Shown here: piece after piece, positions 10,899-23,129 of the stretch | Layout: each line of letters starts with the position of its first letter | Position numbering within the stretch: position 1 is the first letter of the stretch | Source of the DNA: Callorhinchus milii | Lineage: Eukaryota | NCBI RefSeq assembly: GCF_018977255.1 | Contig: NW_024705496.1 | Location: 1 to 39,691, forward strand | Direction of reading: 5' to 3' | Length of the DNA stretch: 39,691 bases | Notes under the pieces: generated by a model | The model's input: the letters and a program-made list of their open reading frames with translations, nothing else | Told to the model about the DNA's origin: nothing | Database searches by the model: none | Position numbers and translations under genes: made by a program

Positions 10899-11212
10899 AA
10901 TATATTAATAATCCTTGCAGTTGACATAGCGCTTTTCACGTCTTCTGGACGTCTTAATACGCCTCACAGAATGTGCTGCAACATGAACTCACCGTATATT
11001 TGAGGGCGAAACGCGGCAGACCATTGCGCATAGCAGTGTCCCACAAACAGTAGTGGATTGAAAATGTCCAATTTATTATTGTTTTGCTTTGGAGGAATTA
11101 TTGTCAGGCGTGTGGAGTTAGGAAACTTGCCCAGGGTTACGCCCTGCCTGGAATTCAACCCAAGTTATCGCTTGCAAGGCGAGTGCTCTAACCACTGAGC
11201 TGCAGAACTTCA
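10899..11212 (-). mobile_element. tRNA-derived SINE, full-length diverged copy
   Basis: Reverse complement of the family at 26798-27130, including head (GAGTGCTCTAACCACTGAGCTGCAG) and tail (AATAATCCTTGC). Confidence 0.88.
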
Positions 11213-11571
11213 GTCTGGGATTGAGTTACAGAGAGTGGGCGGGCAGATAGTCCGAAATCCAGATCACTGCTGGTGGGACAGGGGATGTTCATCTTACACG
11301 ACGACGTGCATTCAAGGAAGACACGCACTGCATAGTGGACTGCAGAGAGGAGTGTGTTTATTCGCTCAGTACGCAACATACCTCAGTCGCGTCTGAGCAT
11401 TGTCATGATGTTTGTCTCATCTCATACACACATCCTTTTCCATTGAGCAATGGGTCCATTGGTCAATGTTGCAGCGTTTGAGCAGGAGCTGCGTAAATTT
11501 CTGTGGGTATAACGGGTCCTCAGTATGGCAGAACAGAAGTATAAGAAACAATATGACGTCATTAAGGCAGC

Positions 11572-11915
11572 TAATAATAATAATAATAATAATAATAATC
11601 CTTGCATTTGATGTAGCTCTTTTCACGTCGGGAGGACGTCCCAAAGCGCTTTACAGAACAAACTGTAAAGTGAATTGACTTTATATTTGTGAGCGAACGC
11701 GGCAGCCAATTGCGCACAGCAATGTCCCACAAACCGTCGTAGATTGAAAATGACCAATTTATTATTGTTTTTTTTTTGGAGGGATTACTATTAGGCGTGT
11801 GGCGTAAGGAAACTTGCCCAAGGTTTCGCCCTCTGCCTGGAATTGAACTCAGGTTTCTTGCTTGCTTGCTTGCTTGCAAAGCGAGTGCTCTCACCACTGA
11901 GCTACAGGACTCCAC
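11572..11915 (-). mobile_element. tRNA-derived SINE, full-length young copy with (TAA)n tail
   Basis: A box TAGCTCAGTGG and B box GAGTTCAATTCC on the minus strand, Deu-like core, L2-like 3' end; (CTTG)5 slippage in the anticodon arm. Confidence 0.93.
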
Positions 11916-12399
11916 TAAGTAAAAATAGTAAAGTATTAATTACGGATAGTACATTTACCATCTAGACTCATTGGCAGAGAGAGTAAGAGCAGGAGTCAAT
12001 GAAAGAATGTATTCTTAGCAACTTGTGCAACAATCGTTTCTGTCTCATTCTACAGGAGTTTTAAGAAGTGAAAAAGCTCTGCTATGCTTACTTATGGGCT
12101 GGGCCTATAGAAAAGATCGTCCTCAATTTTACGACGGAATCCGCTGTAGCATAACCCTCTGCTACCAAATATCCCATCTGCTATAAACAACGAGCACGTA
12201 TAAGTTGAAAAGGAGAGCACCAAGTACAGAGCCCTGAAGAGCACTACACGAGACTGTGCAAGGGCAGGAGAAGAAGCCATTTGCTCAGACAAACTGGATA
12301 TGGTGTTATATGTAGGATCTGCAACACTCAAAGGCAGAATTTATAACATTTAGGTAAGAGGAGAGGAGGTAAGTGCTCAGGAGCACTCCGTTCCTCACA

Positions 12400-13115
12400 C
12401 ACTGCCTATCGGCATCAAGTCCTGGATGAGAGCTAAACTTTTCTGCTTGACGGTCAACAATTCCGAGGCCCTGCTGTTTGGTTCCCGTCAACGCCTCTGC
12501 AACTCGGGCGCAGAAAGCATCAACCTTCTTGGATGCACTCTGTATCTCACGGAGCCAATATTGAACTCGGCGTCCTTTTCGACCCCCAACTATCCTTTAT
12601 GACACACATTCGTGCCACGAACAGCTACTACTTTCCCTATTTCGGACACATTGCCTTTCTGCAACATGATCTCTCATCACAGACCACCGAGATCCTCATC
12701 CACGTTTCCATCACATACAGGAATCGACGACGAAAACTTGGTGACCCCCGCATATCCTTACTAAACAGGCTGCAAGTCTCCCAGAACTCTACAAACTGTG
12801 TCCTCCAATCCTCGCATTGCTTCACTGGCACCACTTAACTCAGAGGATACAGTTCAATATCATGATCCTCACTTTCAATGTCCTCCACAGCCTTGCTCCC
12901 ACTTGCTCTGTTACCCGCTAACTTCTGCCAATCATTTCACTGCCTTAGCTCAGTGGGCTACAGCTTGCTTCATCTCACACACTTTGCCCGCACCATTATT
13001 GTGGAGATTACCTTAAGCCTCTCTACCCCCACTACCACTCAATCGGGCCCGCTTTCTTGGCTCATTCAAGACCCGTCTCAAGATTCTCCTCTTCAAGCGT
13101 TTCTTCGGTCACCGT
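12400..13115 (+). mobile_element. Degenerate L2 LINE ORF2 3' fragment
   Basis: Aligns by eye to 19270-20020 (TCCTGGATGAGAGCTAAACTTTTC, GAGGCCCTGCTGTTTGGTTCCCGTCAACGCCTC, LGVLFDPQLSF.THIR). Confidence 0.8.
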
Positions 13116-13365
13116 AACCGAGATTTTCTACAGGTTATTTAATCCATCTGCAAGCTCCCCCCATGATACAACAAGCACTGATTTCAGCCAGCATCCTCTC
13201 ATGTGGTCTTCATGAAAGCATTTCGGGAAATTGAAATACACTCTATGCACTACATTTCAATTGTCTACTTCTGTTGCATCCCAGATAATTCCTTAAGTTT
13301 TGTCAACAAGAAATTCTTTTTAAAATCCATAATGGGTATTGCTAAAAACATATCCTCCTCCAGAT

Positions 13366-13470
13366 ATAATAATAATAAAATAATAATAATAGCAACAACA
13401 ATAAAACAATAAGAACAATAATAATGATAATAATTGATAATAATAAAGACAATAATTCTCATAATTAAAA
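13366..13470. repeat. Degenerate (AAT)n / (AAC)n tract
   Basis: Directly visible. Confidence 0.8.
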
Positions 13471-13951
13471 TAAGGCAATTCAATCAACCGCTGGGCAGGG
13501 CAGGGGCAGAGGAACATTGAACCTGGAAGTTACGAACTGAGGCTGGCAATTTGGCTGAGGTCGTAGAAAATGACCTTTACTCCCTCCAGTCAGCGGACTC
13601 CGGCCTGATCCAATTCCTCCGCTTCACTAAAGGCAGTCTGGCCTTCAGCCTGTTTGACCCCCATCCTTTGGACTCTACCACACAGTACCATCAACTTGCC
13701 CCCTACTTTATCTCGTTGAAGGCCGTCTGAAGATCCTCTTCTTCGGTCGCTCCTTCGGCCACTCTCTTATATATACCAACCCTCCACCCACACATCCTAA
13801 ACTCAAATTCGTCCACAGATCCAAATCCATGTCTGTCCATCGCACTGGGATATCCTACTGACGTAGAAAGCGCTTTACATATGTAAATTGTCGGTGATGT
13901 TTTCATGTGGGTTGGCATTTTGTGTTTTGGGCGCAGTGGAAATGCACACGA

Positions 13952-14008
13952 CGAGATTAGGAGCAGAGGATCAAAGGATCGAGATTAGGAGCCCAGGATC
14001 AAAGGATC
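13952..14008. repeat. 28-bp tandem duplication CGAGATTAGGAGC(AG/CC)AGGATCAAAGGAT x2
   Basis: Copies start at 13952 and 13980 with two mismatches. Confidence 0.9.
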
Positions 14009-14426
14009 AGTGAAGCTTTGTCAGCCCCAGTGAAGTCAGAAGCCAAATCTGTGGACCAAAAATGGACAAGGAAGCCAAATTGTTGGAACAATTAAATGAA
14101 CCGTTGTGAAACAACGGTGTCAACGCTTCGGTAGCAATGTGCGTGTCTGGTAAACAGCAGATTTTGGTTTCAAAACCCAACGGTGCTTTGCTGAATACCA
14201 TAACATCCCAAATGTTGGCACTCACTACTGTGACCGCATGATGAATCAGATCATCTCGGGTTGTTATTAATTCGGCATGTTCTATGTGTATGAGAAACAA
14301 TCAACCACATTGCGGTGAACAGCTCTTAACTTGTTTCACTCATTTTGCGATGTTTCTCGTAAAAGTGTAAACTGATATCGGGTGCACCCGGAAAATTTAC
14401 CTTGCTATCCAGCTATACAGTTATAT

Positions 14427-15665
14427 AGCTACCGGCCCAACTCAAACCTCCCTTTCCTATCCAAGGGCCTTGAGAAAGTCGTTGTCTCCGATATTCCATA
14501 GCATGGAAAATGCTGTGGTCAAAGTCATAAACGGCATCTTGAGAATGTTTGACCAGGGCTCTCTCTGCCTCCTCTTCCTCCTCGAGCTCTCAGCCTCCTT
14601 TGACGCCGTGGAAGACTCAATCCACCACCACCGCCTCTCCTGCCAACTAGTTCTTCAAAGTTCTGTCCTGGTCTGGTTCAGGTGTTAATTTTCGCACCAC
14701 CTCAATGTCGTCGAGACCAATGGCTTCTCATCCAAATCCGGCACCGTGTTGTGCGGTGCTCCTCAAGACTCTGTCCTCAGAAAGCCTGCCCGACTTCAAG
14801 TCCTGGACGAGAGCCAACTTTCTACAACTCAACGTCAGTAAGATCATCGCCCTCCTGAATGACTCGCGTCAGCGCCTCAGTTCCTCAGACCCAAGCAACA
14901 TCAGTCTACACGGCTGCACAACCAACCTCACTAAGCCCGTCAGGAACCTGGGAATTTTGTTTGAACCTGAACTGTCCTTTCTCTCCCATATCCGCACCAC
15001 GACCGGCGATGCCTCCCACCATCTCCGCAACATTCCCAGTCCCCGCCGCTTTCTCACCGCTCAGGCTGTTGAAACCCTCACCCATCCATTCGTCATCTCA
15101 AGGCTTAATTACGGGAATTCCCTCCTCATCGCCTTCCCAACTCTTCCCTTCACAAACTGCAGATCATCCAAAACTGCAGCTCGTGTACTCTCACACACTC
15201 CCTCCAACGCCCGACTCCATTGGCTCCCCGTCCACCAGAGCATCGAGTTCAAGATCCCCGTCCTGACTTTTATGCCCATCCATGGCTTTGCCCCATCCCA
15301 CCTCTCTGACTTGCTGGCTCCCTACCAAACTGGCCGCTTCCTCCATTCATCGGGATCCGGCCTGTTCCATGTCTTGCGCCCGACCCACCCTGCCACAGGT
15401 GTCCAGGCATTCAGACTTTCTGCCCCTACACCCTGGAAATCCATCCCAAATTCCCTTCGCCTCTCAGTCCTCTTTCAATGCCGTTCTCAAGACCCTTCTC
15501 GGCGACCGTGCCTTTGGTCTCCCTCCCACCTGTCTGTCTTCGCTAAGCCCTACGATACTCCTGAACCATGCTCGGGCCCCGACACCTGACTGTTTGGCGC
15601 TTTGGGACGTCCTACTCAACGGCGTTCTGTAGATGTAATTTTGTTGCTGTTGTTGTTGTTGTTGA
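14427..15665 (+). mobile_element. L2 LINE fragment with internal deletions and (TTG)n tail
   Basis: YRP.SNLPFLSK.LEKVV at 14430-14485, LLELSASFD, WTRANFLQLNVSK, RNLGILFEPELSF, LHWLPVHQSIEFKI; RT core (YADD) deleted; terminal GGCGCTTTGGGACGTCC...TTGTTG. Confidence 0.9.
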
Positions 15666-15669
15666 CGCA

Positions 15670-15900
15670 ACACTCTTTCGCTCAGTCTCTCTCATACTAT
15701 GTTTTTCATACTTTCTTTCTTTCACTCTCAGTCACTCTGCGTCTATCACACTCAGTCTCTCTTTCTTCAACTGTGCCTCTCACACTCTCTCTCTCTATCT
15801 GTTTCCCTCTGTGTCTCTCACATTGGCAGTAACTCTCAAACTCTGTATCTCTCGCAATTTCACTCGAGATTCTCTGTCTTTTTCTCTCACTCATTTCCTT
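15670..15900. repeat. CT-rich low-complexity tract
   Basis: Directly visible. Confidence 0.7.
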
Positions 15901-16214
15901 GTAATATTGGGAAAGGATACGGCATGTTCTCCATGTGCTGGTGTCTGTGTCATCCCAATTGAAGCTGTATGAATGATTAATATTGAACATTATATCAAAT
16001 GGCAAAGGATGATGTGCAGCTGAACCACTGCTGTGTTGTAAGCCAAGCAACGTTGCCGGATATAAAGTGCAAACCACAAAATTCTCCCTGCAAAGTGGCT
16101 CCAACAGTTACACACAAAGGAAGAACAACAACAGAAGGTAACATCATGGAGCCCATAGAATTTATTTTTCGCCGTATGTCTCAGTACAGAAACCCGCTTC
16201 GAATCTCCAATGTG

Positions 16215-16275
16215 CTTTTGCATTTGATAATGTCTCTTATCACGTCTCCGAGACGTCTCAAAACGCTTCACAAGA
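16215..16275 (-). mobile_element. SINE 3' tail remnant
   Basis: TTGCATTTGATAATGTCTCTTATCACGTC...GACGTCTCAAAACGCTTCACA is the reverse complement of the SINE tail. Confidence 0.6.
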
Positions 16276-16904
16276 TATAATATAAAGTGAAGTAATTGTT
16301 TGTTTTATGGGTGACACACAGCTTTATTGTAGCACATGTAGATGTTTTGTGGCTGGTAAGTCTGTGAAATTGGCTGCCTTGTTTCGCCTACAAAATATAG
16401 AGTCAATCCGGCGTGGAGTGAGCTGTGTAAGTGAAAGTTGGTTTTGGTTTATACGACTATCAGTGACAACAATAAGGAAATACATTACTGATACTCACAA
16501 GTCAATACACTGACTTAACATAATAATATAATAACAGGAACAACAACAATAATAAAACAAATTTACAATAAATCAATCACAATAACATGATAAACCAGCA
16601 ATATAATAGCGATTTTCGGCCACAAAGGGCACCCTCTCAGAGAGACAATTACACACAATTGTCATTACAATTACAATTGTTGGTGATAGTGGGCCTCTCA
16701 CTCTCCTGTCAATCACATTTCATCATGGAGTCAGTGGCCAGACCTGTGTCTTTCCTATCAATAATTGGTTACCAGGGAGAGAGTTGGCTTGTCCCTGTCA
16801 GTGAAGGAGAGGAGACATTCTGACGTCCCATGAGGGCGTTAGATAGGAGCGGGGCATCTCGGTGAAGTTACTTGAGGGTGAGCGAAGGAGTTAGGCTTGC
16901 TGGC

Positions 16905-17127
16905 GTAATAATCCCTCCAAAATAAAACAATAATAAATAGGTCATTTTCAATCCATGACTGTTTGTTGGACATTGCTGTGCGCAATTGGCTGCCGCGTTC
17001 GCCCACAAACATACAGTCCATTCACTTTACAGTATATTCTGCGAAGCACTTTGGGACGTCTAGAAGACGTGAAAAGCGCTACATCAAATGCAAGGATTAT
17101 TAGTACTATTGTTATTATTATTATCAT
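16905..17127 (+). mobile_element. 5'-truncated tRNA/Deu-type SINE
   Basis: GACATTGCTGTGCGCAATTGGCTGCCGCGTTCGCCCACAAA core and CAAATGCAAGGATTATTA tail. Confidence 0.9.
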
Positions 17128-17225
17128 CAAGTAAACGAGGGGGAGAGGAGAGAGCCTGACACGCAGCAAGAATCTGTGCCGTACAACATGACGGCCACCA
17201 GAGTGTAGCTGTACCATACAGCCTG

Positions 17226-17257
17226 TCTCACTCACACACACACACACACAGCGGCAC

Positions 17258-17289
<32 letters not shown>

Positions 17290-17520
17290 TGAGAGAGAGA
17301 GGGAGAAGGAGAGTGGGTGAGTTTGCGAGAGAGACAGATGAATGGTAAAAGTGAGTGAGACAGAGAGGGTGAGTGTGAGAGGAAGAGGGAGTGTGAGTGA
17401 GAGAGAGAGAGAGAGAGAGAGAATGGGGGAAGGAGGGAGAGAGGAAAGACATCGGCTGCAGGTCAGTCACAGGTCTCTCTCTCTCTCCCTCCCTCGCTCT
17501 GTCTCTCGCTCTCTCTCTCC
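17226..17520. repeat. (CA)n/(GA)n/(CT)n microsatellite cluster
   Basis: Directly visible. Confidence 0.85.
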
Positions 17521-17561
17521 GTGACATCAGTATCACAGCCACTGCCTGCGACACAGAGCCC

Positions 17562-17647
17562 GGAACTACAGTTCCCGTCATGCCTCACGGCGTAGAGCCC
17601 TCTGGTGACGGGATCGGGCCGCGCGTGGCATCCTGGGAGCTGTAGTC
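17562..17647. promoter_or_regulatory. CpG-rich element with two convergent ACTACAnnTCCC (ZNF143/THAP11-type) sites flanking a CTCF-like motif
   Basis: + strand GAACTACAGTTCCCGTCATGCC (17563-17584); - strand GACTACAGCTCCCAGGATGCC (17627-17647); - strand GTCACCAGAGGGCTC (17595-17609). Motif matches are by eye only. Confidence 0.6.
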
Positions 17648-17799
17648 AGAGTGACACAGGGAGAGATACATGTCCACACAGTCTGTGTCTCTCTGTGTGT
17701 GTGTCTCACTGACTGAGCTGGGAATGAGGGGCAAGTCCTGACTCTCTGATATTGATCTGTTGTGTTTGTGCTCGTGTTAGAGGAAGCTTGATTCAGGGG

Positions 17800-17837
17800 C
17801 AGCTCTCACACACCCATACACACACAGTCTCTCTCTG

Positions 17838-17886
<49 letters not shown>

Positions 17887-18790
17887 TCAGTCTCTCTCGG
17901 TCTCACACACACAGTCTCTCTCTGTCTGTCACACACACACACACACTCAGTCTCTCTCGATCTCACACACAGTCTCTCTCTGTCTCTCTCTCACACACAC
18001 ACAGTCTCTCTCTGTCTCTCTCTCTCACACACACACACCGTCTCTCTCTGTCTCTCTCACACACACACACTCTCTCTGTCTCTCACACTCACACACACAC
18101 GGTCTCTCTCTGACTCACACACACGAACACACATTCTCTCTCTCTATCTGACACACACAAACTCTCTCTCTGTCTCAAACATATATATACACACACACAC
18201 TATCTCTCTCTGTCTCACATATACACACACGCACACACAGTCTCTCTCTGTGTCTCTCTCACACACACACAGTCACTCTCTGCCATTCACACGAATGCAC
18301 ATATAGTCTCTCTCTCTTTCAGGCACACACGTTATCTCAGTCTCACACATACACACACTCACTATCTCTTTCTGTCTCACATACACACTCACACACCCTC
18401 AGTCTCTCTTGGTCTCACATACACAAACATAGTCTCTTTCTGTCTCTCACACACACACACAATCTCTCTCTGTCTGACTCTCTCACACACACACATACAC
18501 ACAGTCTCTCTCTATCTGACACATACGCAGTCTCTCTCTGTCTCACACACGAACTGTCTCTCATTCTCTCACACACAGTTTCTCTCTTTCTCTCCAACAC
18601 ACGCGAACTCTTTCTTTCTCACAAATCCATACAATCTCTTCTGACTTTCATTCACACCGTCACGTAGACACACACACACACACATACACAAACAAATAGG
18701 AACATACGCACTGTCTCCGATCCTCAGACAATCACTGGGACACAGACACACACACACGCACCGTCTGTCTCCACACATAAGCCTCTCACT
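17800..18790. repeat. Compound (CA)n/(CT)n low-complexity array
   Basis: Directly visible; source of the HT/SL-rich ORFs. Confidence 0.9.
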
Positions 18791-18877
18791 GTCCCGCACT
18801 TTGTATTTGTCTATGAAACTATCAAACACTGAATCTTTATCCAATGATATCCAATGATCTTTATCCACGCCAATGAT

Positions 18878-20243
18878 ATCCTGACCATCTGTGACCAGGG
18901 CTCCCTCTGTCTCCTCGTCCTCCTCGACCTATCGGCAGCATTCGATACGGTCGACCACGCTATCCTACTCCACCGCTTGTCCTCCCACCTCAACCTTCAA
19001 GGCACTGTCCTTGAATGGTTTAGCTCTTACCTTTCCCACCGTCTTCACTTCGTCTCAACGAATGGCTTCTCCTCCACCCCCCGTACTGTCTCATGTGGTG
19101 TCCCTCAGGGCTCTGTCCTCGGTCCCCTCCTCTTCACCCTCTATATGCTCCCCTTGGTGACATCATCCGCAAACATGGGGTTAACTTCCACATGTATGCG
19201 GATGACACCCAACTCTACCTTTCCTCCTCTACTCTCAACTCCACGACCACCGATGTCCTGACAGCCTGTCCGACATCGAGTCCTGGACGAGAGACAACTT
19301 TCTTCAGCTCAACGTGCGAAAAACCGAGGCCCTCCTGATTGGCTCACGTCAGCGCCTCCGCACCTCAGGCGCTGACACCATCAGCATCCAAGGCTGCACT
19401 CTCCAACTCTCAAAGCCAGTCAGGAACCTCGGCGTTTTGTTCGACCCTGAGCTGTCCTTTCTCCCTCACATCCGCACCACAACTGGCACCGCCTTCCATC
19501 ACCTCCGGAATATCGCCAGACTACGGCACTACCTCACCCCTCACGCGGCTGAAACCCTGGTTCACGCCTTTGTCACCTCAAGGCTGGACTATGGGAACTC
19601 TCTCCTCGCCAGCCTTCCCGCCACCTCCCTCCACAAGCTGCAGGTCATTCAGAACTCTGCAGCTCGTGTACTGTCCCGCACCAGACACCGCGACCACATC
19701 ACTCCCACCCTCGCTCGCCTCCACTGACTCCCCATCCCCCAGAGGATTGATTTCAAGATCCTCATCCTCACCTACAAGGCCATTCACGGCCTTGCTCCCT
19801 CCTACCTCTCCAACCTACTATCCCCCTACCTACCTGCCCGTACCCTCCGTTCCTCTGGCTCCGGTCTGCTCCACGTCCCCGCCCCAACCGCCCTACTATC
19901 GGTGGTCGGGCCTTCAGCCTCTCAGCCCCCAGGCTCTGGAACTCCATCCCCCAGTGCCTTCGCCTTGCTTCCTCCCTTTCCTCCTTCAAGGCCGGTCTCA
20001 AAACCTTTCTCTTTGACCGTGCCTTCAGCTCCCCTCTCGACTCTCTTCCTCCTCCTCGCTCCCTCCCTTCCCTCCCCTCACTCTGACCATTTCCCCCCTC
20101 CTCTCTCCCTCCCTTCCCTCCACTCACCCTGACCATTTCCCCCCTGCTCGGGTCATGACCCAACTGTGCAGCGCCTTGGGACGTCCTCCTGACGTGAAAG
20201 GCGCTCTATAAATGGAATCTTGTTGTTGTTGTTGTTGTTGTTA
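18878..20243 (+). mobile_element. Young 5'-truncated L2 LINE (RT domain, C-terminus, 3' UTR, (TTG)n tail), non-coding
   Basis: [66 protein letters not shown]; frameshifts near 19150 and 19265, TGA at 19725-19727 (TGG in the 33600 copy); 3' UTR has two 46-bp units. Confidence 0.96.
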
Positions 20244-20258
20244 TCCGTTTCTCTCTCA

Positions 20259-20294
<36 letters not shown>

Positions 20295-20499
20295 GTCTCC
20301 CGTCCTCAGACACTTACTGTGACAAACAAACTCAGACAAACACACAAATAGATGCCATGGTCATCGCGCACTGTGACTGTCTCTCTCACACACACATGTG
20401 CGCAGTCCCTCACCCTCTCGTTTACACACACCCTGACATTAGAAATTACAGCCACAGACACTCATTGGGTCACATAGATCTCTGACTCCTCAGAGTATT

Positions 20500-20792
20500 G
20501 TGTCAAGTGAATTGACTGTATATTTTGTGTGAAAGGCGGCAGCCCATTGTACACAGCAATGTCTCACAAACAACCGTGGATTGAGTGACTTAATTAATCG
20601 TTTTTGAAAAAGAATTTTTTTATCCCGGTAAAGTGATCCGCCAAGCGACTAACAACTGGATTCCTCCTTGTTGTCGGGTACACAGAGGCGGGATCAGTAA
20701 GGAAACTTGCCCAACATTGCGCCATGCCAGAAATGGATCAGAAGATCTCCCGTTTGCGAGGCGATTGATCTCACCATTAAGTTGCAGGACAA
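20500..20792 (-). mobile_element. Diverged tRNA/Deu-type SINE
   Basis: AAGTGAATTGACTGTATATTT...GGCAGCCCATTGTACACAGCAATGTCTCACAAACA...GTAAGGAAACTTGCCCAA...CTCACCATTAAGTTGCAGGAC. Confidence 0.75.
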
Positions 20793-21083
20793 TTCAGGTT
20801 ACTCAAACCAGGTCACCAAGAAACATAGAATGGGTACATTTCGCAGCATATTGTGGGAATCTCTTTGAAACGACTCGAAGACGTAATATGGCGCTACATC
20901 AAGCGGAAGGATTATTGTTATCATATTCCTTGCAACGGTTAATGCTTCTCACTTCGATTGGATACACAATGCACTCTCCGTGACCCGTTTTGAGCTGCTG
21001 TGAGCGTATTGTATACACGAAAAATGAGAAATGGAGATCAAAACCAAGCAATGCATTTCTGACTGAACTTCGATTCTTTATTA

Positions 21084-21994
21084 TCAAAAATATTTTTTTA
21101 ACTTACATCGAGCAACAGTAAAGGAATACTTAACCATATTCTTTAGGTCCTCTCTAAACTTACTCTGTGTAACAGCATAGATACATGTGTTTGTGCATGA
21201 ACTCAAAACCTGAAGCATAATACCTACTTGTTGGAAGATATATTGAGAGCTATAGATGCGGTTTTCATAATTAAAGTTTATAATTGGCCATTTCAATGAA
21301 CAGATAATAGTCGTCATCCATAACAGTACAAAACTGGTCGATATAGTGAAGAGTAGGACGATGGATTTTCTTCGCTTTTCCATTTCTTCATCATTCTGTT
21401 TCTCTCCAATTTTACTGACCCTGATTGTCCTGCGGACCCGGCTGGCTGATAAAATGTGTCTGATGATCAGTGCATTGAAAAGGAAAATCAAAAGAAAAAC
21501 AACTAGAGGAGTAAAAACTCTGTGAAACCACGTAAATGCTCTCCATATTGGTAAAGTAAAATAGCTGGGTTTTGTAGCGCAATAAAATGGCACATTGTCA
21601 ATTATCACATTAGGAGTAAAAATAAAGTACCAGGGAATACACTGGACACAACTTAACACACTCACGATTGTTATAACCAAATTAGCAGTTTTCACAGAAC
21701 AATATGTAATTTTCATCTTCTGACAACAAATCGCCACAAAACGATCGAAGGTAAAAAGGACTGTAAACCAGGCACAACATTTTATGGCCGTGGCCATCAA
21801 AACGAGTCTGAGGCTGCACACGGGAGTGTAGAACAAGAAACTAATGGGGAAATAAAAAATATTAATGCGATTGAATATTACATCAGTGATAATGACCATC
21901 AGATCTGCCGCAGCCATGGATATCAAGTAGAGAGTGACGCCTTTTGAGAGACCGCAATTCCCCCGGGAAAGGATCAGAATCGCCAACAGGTTAA
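21084..21994 (-). CDS. GPR139/GPR142-like class A GPCR gene 2, exon 2
   Basis: Open 7TM ORF VNLLAILILSRGNCGLSKGVTLYLISMAAADLMV...FTFDRFVAICCQKMK...SSCTNTCIYAVTQSKFREDL; acceptor tttactttccttgcAG|TTAAC at 21995-21997; 911 bp, same as gene 1. Confidence 0.93.
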
Positions 21995-22639
21995 CTGCAA
22001 GGAAAGTAAAGAGGAGTGACTGTCAGATTGGTGCTAAATTTATCAAATTGCATGCCACACATTTGTCTTGTCAAACACTGGCCCTGGTAGATGCTGGTAT
22101 TGTCTTGAACCCAAGTATTGAGTGTGGTGTTGTTGACGAATTAACACAATTTATGATTGATACAAATTGTTATCAAGTCTAACATCGGGCATTTATATTC
22201 TTTGTAGTGTGGTGGATGTTTATTTTTAAACAAATAGGATACACAGTTTGCATACAACCACTTCCCACAAGCAGTAATGAAGCGAACGTCAATTTGCATC
22301 TGGGAGATTGTTGGCTATGACATCGGAATAAAATTCCTTCTCCTTTCGAATACTGTCCCAGTACATGTAAACTGGAACAGTCGTATCTTCCGTTTAAGGT
22401 TATAAAATTTATAATTCTTGCATTTGATATAGCGCATCATCACTTAATTGCCCTTAAGAGGGAAAAGTTAAAGGGGAGTATCTGTGCATTTTGCTAATAA
22501 CGATAATAATTGGATTTGGTAATGCGATTTATTACCTCTTTAAGGTGTTCCAAAATGCGTCAAGGCTCTCACTGTAAAGAGGATTGTTTGTGTATTTTGG
22601 GGACGAAACCGCAATATCATGCACCAACCATGGCAGTGA

Positions 22640-22895
22640 GTACACAGGGAGAAACTGCTTTCTCTTTCCAAATATTGTGGTGCCATAAGATCTTTAACAT
22701 CGTTCTCAACAGGCAGCTGGGATTTCGGTTGAAAGTTTCATCCAGAGGACAGCACATCCAACAGCGCAACACACCCAATGCATCCAATGCATTGGAGCAG
22801 TGATTTAGGCAATTTGATTCCAAGTCCCAAGGACGGCTTGAACCTATAAACTTCTGAATTCGAGGCAAAGTGCAAGCTTTCCAACAGGCTAACAG
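22640..22895 (-). mobile_element. Ancient DeuSINE-like (SacSINE1/AmnSINE-type) remnant in the intron of gene 2
   Basis: GTGCCATAAGATCTTTAACATC...GGCAG...TCGGTTGAAAGTTTCATCCAGAGGACAGCAC...GCTTGAACCTATAAACTTCTGAATTCGAGGC resembles the antisense of chondrichthyan DeuSINEs as I recall them; not database-checked. Confidence 0.55.
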
Positions 22896-23129
22896 ATACA
22901 CACTTTTATCCAAACTACTTTAGTTCTTACACTGCCGCTCTCCCCCAATTCACGTTGAGCTCGACTTTCAGATTAAAGTTTCTGACATGGTATTAGAGTG
23001 CACGAAACACTTACTCCGAGTCTAGAATATTACGAATCGAATCAGGCAAAATTCCTGTTAAGCAATGAATACCTTTTTAATGAACATGCACAAATATTTA
23101 CATTAAAAAATCGATTGATATTATCCTAC

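Noticed and set aside
12090..12370. Short ORFs in unique-looking sequence (also 14010-14300 and 15999-16280)
   Set aside because: No recognisable homology, splice pattern or motif; cannot be supported without a search.
14100..14118. Hairpin ACCGTTGT-GAA-ACAACGGT
   Set aside because: A single 8-bp stem is expected by chance in 40 kb; no associated feature.
18854..20016. Active reverse transcriptase gene or retron-like system
   Set aside because: 5'-truncated L2 with no endonuclease domain, frameshifts and an internal stop.
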